A program made the translations under genes and the position numbers. Under the pieces are notes generated by a model, which was not told where the DNA came from, did not search any database, and saw only the letters and a list, made by a program, of their open reading frames with translations. Below are positions 40,601-52,251 of a DNA stretch of 64,000 nt, piece after piece. Source of the DNA: Auanema rhodensis (Eukaryota > Animalia > Nematoda); contig OZ059896.1 in the NCBI GenBank assembly GCA_964057225.1, forward strand, positions 10,912,001 through 10,976,000. The letters are read 5' to 3'. Within the stretch, counting starts at the first letter, position 1, and each line of letters opens with the position of its first letter.

Positions 40601-42680
40601 CTTTCTTTAGTTTTCTTTTCTTTCATCCTTATCTAGAAAGTAAGCAAGACCTGAGATCAGAATGTGGATCACAATGAAAGAAATTGAATTGGTTTATTGA
40701 CATAAAATTATTATTTTTTCTTAAATATGAAATAAAATGAAATAACATACAATATTCTAATACTTAACAATAAACTGTGGCTATTTATCAGTTATAACTG
40801 AAGATATATGAGCATTCCTTCGCTACAAAATTCTGTGAAGTTGGATGTTGCGTCGTTTGTTTGCCCGGTGAAGCTTCTGCTCCTTGCGGTCCATCTTCTA
40901 CACTAGAAAGTGCTGATATGAGGTTGTCTCTGGGTCATACGGGACGCTGAGCAGTTTTTCAAGAACTTTCCAAACGTTTTTTTCTAAATACTTTGAGTTA
41001 AAATTGTAAATATAGCTTAAAATATCTGAAACTACGTATAAGAAAAATGAAAATTTCGAGATAATTTCTTAAAGATTTCTGTGAAGTTTTTATAAGTTTT
41101 GCACATCTGATATAAATAATTCAGGATTGGAATATAGCCTTGGTCGAGTTCCTATAGCCAGTACTGATTTTAGTACCAGAGAGTACAGTTATGCTGAAGT
41201 TCCCGAAGATTTTAATCTAAAAAATTTTACTTTATTGGAAGAAGATTACTTATATAAAGTTTAAAAAAAATAAAACATTTCTTAAAGTTCAATTTCAGAT
41301 TAAATATATTCAAAAAGCGCAAAAGTTAGCCAAAAATGGTATTCGGTTAGTAGCATCACCATGGAGTCCACCGGGTAATATGATTCAAATCAGAAAAAAA
41401 ACTCCTTTTTTTTTCATTTTTAAGCTTGGATGAAAGTAACAAATCGAATGGCAGGAGGTGGGCCTCTCCGAGATGACCTAAGAGTTCATCGTGCTTATGC
41501 CAACTATTTTACTAGGCTAGTTTCATAGGTTTTCAGTTGTTTAAATTCATTTTCTTGTTTGTGTTTGAAATATTATCAATTTTACAGATTTTTTGAAGAA
41601 TATAAGAAGAATGATATTGAATTTTGGGCTGTCACGGTGCAAAATGAGCCAACATCTGGAGCAATTCCAAATTACAAATGGCAAACTTTGTTTTTTACAG
41701 CATCTACTGAAAAGTTAACTTTAATTATAATTGACTTTAAAAACTTGTGATCTTCAGAAATTTCGTGCGTGATTATCTTGGACCAACTATGAAAAGCCAT
41801 GATTTGACTTCAAGCATTGTAATTATCTGTTTGGATGATGACACAATTTGGTTGCCAGCTTGGGCAGACATAGTAAGCTTTATAAAAACTTTTAATTTTG
41901 AAAGTAAAAAAAAACTTTTAGATGTTCGAAGATGATAAAGTAAATAATTATGTCGATGGAATTGGTATACATTGGTATACTAATAATATCTTTACACCCA
42001 ATAGTCTTACTAAGACTCATGAACGTCACCCTGAAAAATTTATTTTGGCAACTGAAGCATGTACTGGATCAAACTTTCCTCATGGACCCATCTTAGGAAA
42101 TTGGTATCGTGCTGAACAATACGCATATGATATTATCACTGTTTATTTGATTTTTGAAATATTCATAAACATAAGATTATTTAGGATTTAAATAATTTCG
42201 TTAGTGGATGGATTGATTGGAATATGTGCTTAGATCTTCTTGGTGGCCCAACTTGGGTGAATAATGTCGTTGATTCTCCAATTATTGTCAACAAAACATC
42301 AGATGAATTCTATAAACAACCAATGTTTTATGCAATGGGACATTTCAGGTTTAATATCAAAATTTGTTTTTTTTTAATAATTAAAATAAATTTATTTGAA
42401 GCAAATTTATAAAACCTGGTTCAAGAAGAATTTCATTACAATTGGAAACTTCTAATAAACAAATATATTCTACGGCAGTTGTTGGACAAAATGGTACAAA
42501 CGAATAATTTAATTTAATTTATTATTATTAATTATAGGTAGAAGAATACTTGTTATTCTTAATCAATCAGATGATAATGAGAAAATATTAATTGAAGATG
42601 TTTTAATTAGAAAATCTGGACTACAATTATTCATTCCTGGACATTCAATAACAACTATTATATGGGATAAACCAATATAA
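37689..42680 (+). CDS. gba: Glucosylceramidase (GH30), paralogue A
   Basis: Signal peptide, [46 protein letters not shown], acid/base QNEP, GIHWY, nucleophile [31 protein letters not shown]. Contains a 2.86-kb intron (38264-41124). Confidence 0.95.
38649..39895 (-). CDS. Myb/SANT-like (MADF/zeste-type) DNA-binding protein with C-terminal coiled coil, nested in the gba-A intron
   Basis: 7 exons in frame: [105 protein letters not shown]. Confidence 0.8.
40190..40505. promoter_or_regulatory. Purine-rich tract with G12 run, likely promoter region of the nested Myb-like gene
   Basis: GA-rich on +, G12 at 40393-40404, 300-600 bp upstream of ATG 39895. Confidence 0.4.
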
Positions 42681-43081
42681 ATTTTCGAATATGAATACTA
42701 TTATAGAAATAAAAGTTTTTTTTTCTATTTATAATTCAAATAATTTATTTTTTTTTAAATAATATTTATGTAAATATAACTGTTTATTATATATTTTGTA
42801 TTAATATTTATTAAACTTTTTTAAATTTTGAATATTATGTAATTGGAAAAAAAAAGAAATAAAACATACTAATTTATATATTATGTTCCCTGATTAGTTG
42901 CTGAAGTTATTTTTGTCGTGGCAGAAAACTAGAAATATTTTATCTTTTCATGTCAAATTAAGAAATGATTCAGATTCATTCATATATTAGATAACAATAA
43001 TTCTTGTCAACTTAACGAAGTAACTCAGATTCTATAATTAAAAGATTATTTTTCATTGTTCTATATTTCAATTGGAAGATT

Positions 43082-45311
43082 ATGTTGCTTTTACTATTAT
43101 TTTTAGGAACAATATTAGGTATAATATATATTATTTTTATAATTATAAATGTATGTACATATATATAATTAATTTAAAGCATCAAATTCTTTACCATGCA
43201 AGAAGAAAATTGTATCTCTTGATCGAATTGTATGTGTATGTAATGCTACATACTGTGATGATATTGAACCTATTGGAACTTTAACTGATGGACAAGCTGT
43301 GCTGATTCAAACCACAAAGTCAGGAAAACGTCTTGAGCGAACTGTAGTGAAATCTTCATTATCAGGTAAATTTATTTATTTTCATAAAAAGTTAAAGAGT
43401 CACGTGTTTTTAAGAATCTCCAGATAGTCAAATAACAATCAAACTATCCACAGCAGGACTTCAACAAATTATGGGCTTTGGTGGAGCATTTACTGATTCT
43501 GTTGGATACAATTTACTGAATTTACCTAAGAACATGCAAGATATGGTTTTATCGAGCTATTATGGAGAAAGTGGTATATAGAAAAGTTCTTTCTTTCTTT
43601 GATAATAAGAGTTGTAACTATACGTTATCTGATCGTTTTCAGGTCTTAACTATGTCTTCGGACGTGTGCCCATGGCCAGCACTGATTTTTCTACCCATGC
43701 ATATAGTTATGATGACATTCCGGGAGACTTTGATCTTAAAAATTTTTCTCTGACATACGAAGATTTCCATTACAAAGTAAACCAACTAAGAAAAATATAA
43801 AGACAACTTAATTATATATCAGATACCATTCATCAAAAAAGCACAAGAGTTAGCCAAAGATAGATTAAAATTGATTACAGCACCTTGGTCAGCTCCAGGT
43901 ATTTTTAATAATATGAATATTAAATATTGAATATTATAATATTTACTTTAAAAAGTAAAATAATTTACTTTTACAATTTATATTTTAATATAATAATCAA
44001 ACTTGCCTTTCAATTACAAGGTTGGATGAAAACAAATGGTCAAATGAAAGGAGGAGCTCCACTTATTGGAGAAGTTAATGGAAAATACTATCAAACATGG
44101 ACTCAATATTTCATTAAGTAGGATACAACTGAATACCTATATCTAATATTTAGATTTTAGGTTTTTTGAACAATATAGTTATGAAGGCATTACCTTCTGG
44201 GGCACATCTATGCAAAATGAACCAATGAGTGGAATTGACCCAGCTTATGCATGGCAAACTATGTATTTAACTGCAAAGATGCAAAGGTATTTTTTTATAA
44301 ATTTGTATAAATCTATAAAAAAAAATTTAAAGTTTATATATGCTTTATTAATATTCATTTTATTTATAGAGACTGGCTAAAAGGATTATTTGGACCAGCA
44401 TTAAGATCAAATAATTTGACAAAAGATATTAATATACTAATAATGGATGATCAAAGATTTAATATTAAATCTTGGACTGATACCGTTAGTGTTTTATTAT
44501 AAAAATTATAAATTATATATCCATTTGAAGATATTAAATGATGAAGAAGCTGCAAAATATGTTTCTGGTGTAGGAATACATTGGTATGAGGATAATGAAA
44601 CTCCTGGTAGTTTGTTAACTTCAGCACATAATCATCATCCAGACTATTTCTTATTATATACAGAAGTATGAATATTAAACTGATAATAATTAAATATAAT
44701 CTATATTTAGTCATGCAATGGATATATTGAGCATAATGTGATTCTTGGTGATTGGGGAAGAGCTGTAAACTATGCTAAAGCTATAATAACAGTGTGTATA
44801 ATAATATTTAAAAATAACTGATTAATATTTTAGGATCTTACTAACTATGTAAGTGGATGGGTTGATTGGAATTTATGTTTAGATACCAAAGGTGGGCCAA
44901 ATTGGACTCATAACAACGTGGATGCTCCTATAATTATTGATAAAGAACAAATGGAATTTTATAAACAACCAATGTATTATGTATTAGCGCATTTCAGGTT
45001 AGATTTGATTTATTTTTTAGAAAATAGAAGTTTTTTATCAGTAAATATGTGCCAGTTGGATCCAGAAGAACAGTAGATACTCTTACGAATGTTATTAACA
45101 GTTTGGAACAAGTTAGCTTTATAACTCCAGAAAACAATTTTATTGTTGTTCTACTTAACACTGGACATGTAAGAACTTTTCTGAATTTTAAAACATTAAA
45201 AAGAATTTTTAGAAAGATATTACTGTTTCAATTCAATCACCTAATGATTCGTCGTATTATAGTTTTGTTTCTGAAAAAAATTCTATTTCCACCATATCTA
45301 TACCAAAATAA
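43082..45311 (+). CDS. gba: Glucosylceramidase (GH30), paralogue B
   Basis: MLLLLLFLGTILA.., [91 protein letters not shown]. Most intron positions shared with paralogue A. Confidence 0.95.
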
Positions 45312-45510
45312 ATGTAAAATACATCATATGTGCATATTTAATTTATTCAAATAATATAGTTAACAAACAATTTCATGAGAACAAAAATGTTTAATAGAGG
45401 TTTATATAACATTATTTAAAGATTATTTATATTCTGAATGTTAAACAAACCTACAAAAATAAAAAAACATTCATGAACTTTATTAAGGCTTATTTCCAAT
45501 TTATACTATT

Positions 45511-46177
45511 TTATCGTTTCTTAATTGCAATTAATCGATTACAATTTGGACAATAATGATGAGCATCATGAAAAGATGTACAACATATAAAGAATATAAA
45601 TGGAAAACAGAATAAGGATAAGAAAATGAAAAGACAAACCATTGAACCCATTACAAAACGCCTTCTTGTTACAACTTGACTTTGACAGTATGGGCACACT
45701 TCCATGTATGGATCAAACGATGGAGCCGCCTAAATATATTGATTAATTTATGCTTTATGATACGGTACTTAGTTGCATAGTTCAGTTTCACATGACTTAC
45801 TTTTATTTGATGAACCACAATAATGTTTTGACCGATAACATTTGGTTGCATTGGTTGAATTATAACGGTCTGTGGTGGATGAGTCATGTACATTTGAGCT
45901 GGCTAAAACAGGATATTTTCAATATAAAACATATGTTCAATTGTTTGTGTGTTTAGCAATACATCATATTTGTTTCTAAGAATATGGATCACGTACAGGT
46001 TGAGCTGGGTACGCAGAAGCTCCAGGGATCGGAGGTGGATTTACAGGTGGGGCTGTTTGTGGGGCTGCTGTGGGCATATTTGCTGCTGCCTTTATAAAAA
46101 TATAAATGTTAAAAAAGAAATACGTTTTTTTCCGAATTTACCTCATAACTAGGCGGAAGTCCTTTATCAATATTCAT
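45511..46177 (-). CDS. LITAF-domain protein
   Basis: N-terminal PPSY and Pro-rich region, then CPYC, a hydrophobic segment and HYCPNC..IAIKKR*. Confidence 0.92.
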
Positions 46178-46512
46178 TTTTAAAACGTTTGAAATATTTT
46201 ATTTATACCTTAAAAGAAAAAAGTTAAAATAATTTAAGATTTATCTATACATAAATTAAAAATAATTTTTGAACTAATATCAGTAAAATGGTACATACGT
46301 TATAATACAGATTAATAGTAAAATATTATTTAATAAAGAATATTCAATAATATTTATTAATAACGGAGTTGTGAATGAAGAGTGAATGAGTTGATAGGAC
46401 GAATAGAAATAAATTCATATTACAAGCTATAAGAGAGATGCTCGTATGATAAAATTTAATCAATAGTTAGCTATATATAAAATAAATAGTGATCTTTTCG
46501 ATAATCAAGGAA

Positions 46513-46553
46513 TGAGTCATTAAATAAATAAACGACGATATATTCTGACGTCA
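46513..46553. promoter_or_regulatory. AP-1 (TGAGTCA) and CRE (TGACGTCA) sites in a divergent promoter
   Basis: Perfect consensus at 46513-46519 and 46546-46553, between the LITAF and Cys-rich genes. Confidence 0.45.
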
Positions 46554-46876
46554 ATGAGGTATTCACATACGAGAATGATGAGTATGAACCATTTCGAAAT
46601 ATGTGATAACTTTTATAGGTTTGATTTAAGTTATAGATGTTTCATTGAAATACTTTTATACTTATATTCCTAAAGATATAAATATATTTTTCATATTAAA
46701 TTTTCAAAAAGTAATTGCAACCCCCCTAAATGAATATCACTAATATTATTATATAAGTATTTTTTATTTTTAAAATATTCTATAATAAAAACAGTCCTAT
46801 TACCTTTTGAAATCAATAGATTTTATCGAATGGTCATGTAACCTCATTTGATGTTTATCAAACTTTATTTGGAAGA

Positions 46877-47312
46877 ATGTTCAGAAATCTTTTGGGTATT
46901 TTCGTAATTATACTCTTAATTCATAAGTCTTTAAGCATATCATGTTCATCTAGTAAGAGTTTGATTTTATTTTTCATCATTTTAACATTTCATAATAGAT
47001 GAATACTGCCCCAGTGGCTGGTCCGTCTTAAGACGTCAAGATCAATCTGCCCATACATGTGATCCTATGAATGTATTTGCTTACTCAATTTTCAGATTTT
47101 TAATATTGTCTTTCAGTTCAATACAAAATGTCCCAAACCTCACAGATGTGTTTATTCAAAGTGTGGCTTAAGTTTTTGCTGTATTGATGCAGGTTTGTTT
47201 ACTAACCATTATTATGTGATTTTCAGTAACAATTGCTTCCATTTCAGAAGGTCTAAGACGTTGGAAGCTTGCAAAGGAAATCGAGGAAGACATGCAAGAC
47301 GATGAGCTATAA
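46877..47312 (+). CDS. Small Cys-rich secretory-pathway protein ending in DDEL
   Basis: 4 exons: MFRNLLGIFVIILLIHKSLS-ISCSSNEYCPSGWSVLRRQDQSAHTCDPMNFNTKCPKPHRCVYSKCGLSFCCIDAEGLRRWKLAKEIEEDMQDDEL*. Confidence 0.8.
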
Positions 47313-48339
47313 TATTATCCTAGGTTTTTAAGATTTAATATTGATAGAACATTGTATTTTGTATTCCAATATTATTCGTTTTGTTTCATTATCAGATTGA
47401 TAAACGATCCCCCCATAATCGAACTGTTACCACTAATAATGTTCAGAAGCAATCTCATAACAGAAATCAAAGAAATTCAATTGTCTACCGTATTTGTGTA
47501 CAATGACATTCGTTATCTATGAGAATTTTAAAAAATAAAATATGATATGGGAATCGGTCAATAAGCTGAAAAATATATTTTAGGTTACCATTATGATCAT
47601 AAATTATTATATATATATATATATAATATATATACAAATTAAATAAATATTTTACATATGTTTGCCTAAATAGCTATATTTGAAATTGTTTTCATCCACG
47701 AGATATTAAGAAGGGAAAAAGAATGTTTTGAGTTCAGTTTCATAAACATAACACATGCCTTTCGTTTACGTTATCTACATAAATTATAAAACTTCGACAC
47801 TAGCATGTCATTAGTGGATTATTGATTTTTCACTAACTCCTTTAACTAAAGGCGCCTTACAGACTTGCGCACGTGACGCTGGTTTATATTTCCTCTTTTC
47901 ATTCTTATTACCACATTATGAATCAGTTGAAACTTTCGCTTATATCTGATTTTTAGTTTTTTAATGTTAATATTGAATAATTGGGTTTAAATTGAATTAA
48001 TCAGTACGCAACAGCTGTTTTCAAAAAAAAAAGAAGAAATACCGTTGACACTTATAAATCAAAATTTTCAAATATTATAACTAGGTAAAATCAATATAAT
48101 ATTTGTTGTATCGTTTCTGTGCAATCCATTGGCATGAAGTTGTACATTTTTTTATTGATTTGCCTCCTATGATACGCTCGCTTCTCCTTTTTTTGCAAAA
48201 TATATTCATTTTAAATATTTATTCGTCTCTTATTTTAATTTTTATTTGACTAAATATTATTGATGTTCATATAATTTGTTTTTTTGATTTTAAGTTTTAG
48301 ATAAGATTTAAGTCGTCTAAATTTAATTTAAAAGAAACT

Positions 48340-51300
48340 ATGCCTGCCATTTCTACTCCATTTGCTGTAGATGGGGAAAGGTACTATTTCTACTTTACTA
48401 TGAGTTTTAATATATGCTTTCAGGGAATATTGGGAAGTTATGGCTGTTATGGATCATCGATTCATCAATGAAACCGAAATTATTTATAACGTGAAGTGGA
48501 AGTTACGTCTTGGTGAAGTTCCAAGTTGGCCTGACTCAGAAAATTGGGTGCAGGAATCTGAAATGGTTCTTGAAACTACCAGTAACTTTATTTTGTTCTT
48601 AAATTTATTTTTGTAGAAGTGTCCTGAATTATTGGAACAATATTGGTTGGAATTTCGTAAAAAACTCAAACCTTTCTTTAGAAAAGATTACACTAGGCGT
48701 GAGGCATTTGACTTATATCTTGCAAGGGTATATCAGCAGAATTTTTTATTTTTTATTTATTACTTGTTTATTTCAGAAAATGAGGCAATGGAGTTGTAGT
48801 CTTTCAAAACAGGACTTAGTAATTATTTAATTATAATTTATCATATATTAATCTATTCTAGGAAGTATGTACTGGTTTGCCTACTATTAATCACGGTGTA
48901 GAGAAAACAGATTTAGTCGAGCAAGTCATAACAGTACCCGCATTTCTTCTTGGCCCAGTTAGGTTTTTTGAATCATTTTGTATAGCGAGAATTTTCATAG
49001 ATTACAATTAAAATCAATTCAAATGAATCTCCTGAACCTCCTGAAATAATAGAAATACTCGATTCTGATGATGAAGTCTTCATACTGTCATAAAAAATAA
49101 TGCTTCATATTTCTTCTACTTTCAGATTCCTCTAAAGCCATCTAACGAAGAAGCTAAGAAATGTAAAGTTGAAATAAAGTCAAGTTTAGAAATAAATGGT
49201 TCGAGCATTAAAAATGATCAAGATTTTGTAAGTTTGTAATTTTAGTTTTGCATCAGCTTATGTTCACTTTGCAGAGTAAAAAAATGAATATTCTAAAGAA
49301 TTATGCCTCAGATTGTAAGTGTCTTAATTATTCTGTATGAATATTTTTCGCTAGTTTTGGGACGAGAGTTCAATCCTGATAATTTACAAAAGAAGTCAGA
49401 GTCTATGTTTTCTATATCAAAGCCAGGTGTTAACAAAGAAAAGAATAATGAAAATGAAAGTAAGCTTATAAACTCGAAAGAAACATTTTATTCTTTTGTT
49501 TTTTAGGTTTGTCACATGCTAAAGCTAACTGTGGCTATGAGGTAGAGGGTATATCGTGTTTAATTTTTGAATATAATTAATTGTAGTCTATTGATGATTA
49601 TGAAGTAGAAGAAATGGAGGATGCACAATGCATTGTAGATTCACGAAAAAAATTAAGTTCCCGAAATCTTCCGAGTTTTTATAGTAATCCCTTTTTGATA
49701 ATGTTGAGGTTGCTATTATTACTTTTATAGCTGTAAAAAGAAAAATAACGCCAGAAGATAAAGAAGATTCTACACATGCACCCATAAACAAAAAGAAAAT
49801 TAATGCGAGCAGTAACTTGTCATTGTCTGCGTCAAAATCGAACATTAGTTCTAATTCTTTATCTCCGGTAATAGTTATTTCATAAATATTATTAATATTC
49901 TACTCTCAGATTCTTCGTCCTAATAATTCAATCAATAAAATCAGCAAGTCGCCTTCTAATATAATTAATCAGTCTGTAACGATCGACTCTAAATCTGTAA
50001 GAATTTAATTTTTTTAAATATATAAATACGAGGGGAAATTCAAGGAAAAGTTATACACACAATTGCTTATCAAGAAATTTGAAGAAGCCAAAGAGGGTAA
50101 ATCACAGGCTCTCCAAAGGGGATATGAGGTGAGTATATCTGAGGTTCTAACAATTTTTACTTTTTTAGGCTATTGATGTGCTGTATATCTTGAGAGAAAG
50201 TATCTCTGGAAAGATGTTTTGCTTAACATTCTTCATGAACCCAGAAAATGACATAGAAAGTTTTTTTGTGCCTATTGATGATGCTATTGCAATGTTTCCT
50301 CTGGTATGTTTACTATATTTTGATTAATTTATGATTTCAATCATTTTCGCTGGTAAATCGTTGCTTAGCACGTTGGAAAGATCCCAAGGTTTGCATTTCG
50401 TCATCTTAATATATCTAAAGTTGCGGATCTGAATTTTATTAGAAGTCTAGTAGTTTTTAACGTATATATAACTCTTTTACATTGTTTTTTATTGTTATTA
50501 TTATTACTATTATTATTATTTCATGTGATATTCTCGTGTACATTCATTATAGTTATAGTTATTCAATTAATTATTGTGCCTTTATTCTAGATTAATGATC
50601 TTGTATATATATATTCTTTTTGAATATTTTAGCCATAGGTTATCAATTTTTTCTTTGCGATAAAAGTTTAAAGATTATACTTATGTTATATACTATACAG
50701 GTCGATCGTTTAATTAATAAAATGCATTTTTTTCATATTTACCACATTTGCCCAAAGCGTTATACATTGCTTAGATATTTTTTGATGTAAGCCATGATGG
50801 TTAGTATCTATTTCTTAATTACAGGGATATTTAGATATTACTTAGTTATAGTGGTCAAGATTGAGCATGTTTTCAGTTTTAACTGAAGTGAGTTTTCATC
50901 TGTAATACAATCTATTTGATTGTTTATAGGCTGAAAAAATTAAAGTTTTGGAAGCCGTTGCTAAACGCAGTAAGTTCAGATGATTGTTTTTAAAAAATAT
51001 ATATTTTTAAGAATACGCCTCCATTGAAGCTGAAAGAGTTAGTAGAGCCGAAAGAAAAAAAAGTCAGCTTGTTGAATTAAAACCGAAATAAAAAACCTAA
51101 ATCGGTATATCTCATCCTTATTTTGTTTAATTTCAGATAAAGAAGGCAAACCGAGGAAGCCTCCTTGTGAGGTATATTATAACATGATAGAACATTTTTT
51201 TTATAAATTGCTTTAGTGTTCTGAGTTTAATAAAAACAACCTACCAAGAACTATACAAATCACTCTGGGAACTGGAATTGAGAGAACCATTGTAACTCGA

Positions 51301-52251
51301 TCTGTGCCGCCAAAAAATCCTCGATATATTCCTCCACCTTTCCCTCTGGGTCATTGTTCCTGTTTTACTAATAACAGTTTGTGCACTCCTAAAATAAAAT
51401 TATGTTTTTTGTTATTCAGGAAGTGATGATGAAGATAGTTCGCCTCCACCTGAAAAGAAAATGTCATTGCAAGAAGCTCGTGAAGAAATTTTAAAGGATG
51501 TGCTTTCTCTCAGTTCTATGGTTAATCAAAATCTTAAAAATTATTATGTTTTACGTTTTCTTATGTAGAACGCTGAACAAACCACTTCAGAAGAGGGAGC
51601 CAAAAGATTTAAAGCAGCTGTAGATAATATTTTAGAATCAGTATATTAATTATATTGTTATTATATTTATATCAGAATTTGCAGAACAATCCGTATCTAC
51701 AGTTATTTGTGGATAAATTCTTAGAAGGAAAGATTAACAGATCGGGCCTTCAAAATGGTCACAAAGTAAATTAGTTTATTCTGCTTATCGTGATCTCATA
51801 ATATTAATTTTAGCCTATTGAAGTTGTTTGTTTTGTAAAGAATAGGAGGACTGAAAAAAAAATGTGCCTCGTTCTTCTTCTTACAAATAAAAATGAATTA
51901 GAAGGCTGCATTACCGAATATGAGGAAATGGTCACATTTTTCCCAGAGGTTTAACGAAAAAATCACAAGTGATTAATATAATTTACATTGTTTTAGGTGG
52001 TGAAACGCTGCTTGAGACGTTGTAGAAGACAAAAAATTTTCAAACCAAGAATAATACCACCCAGGTCACCCTCAACATCTACACCGCCATCATCTTCATC
52101 ATCCTTATCCCCGTCGCCACACTTATCCTCTTCCCCCGCACCATTAGACTCATCGGGCTCACCTACAACTTCGGTCCTACCATCTGCATCTACTTCAGCA
52201 CCGCCACAAACTTTAGCTTCTTCACACACTTCAACCTCATCCGAGGTTTAA
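48340..52251 (+). CDS. HP1-like protein: N-terminal chromodomain plus two chromo-shadow-like modules (possibly two tandem genes)
   Basis: Chromodomain EYWEVMAVMDHRFINETEIIYNVKWK..WPDSENWVQESEMKCPELLEQYW; low-complexity hinge; repeat 1 exons 50045-50128 and 50169-50303; repeat 2 exons 51685-51765 and 51814-51948; Ser/Pro tail. Confidence 0.72.

Noticed and set aside
38264-41124. Possible TIRs at the ends of the large gba-A intron
   Set aside because: Only fragmented AT-rich complementarity; no clean TIR or target-site duplication, so not called as a transposon.
51993-52229. Acidic Gly-rich antisense ORF
   Set aside because: Mirror of the Ser/Pro terminal exon of the chromodomain gene.
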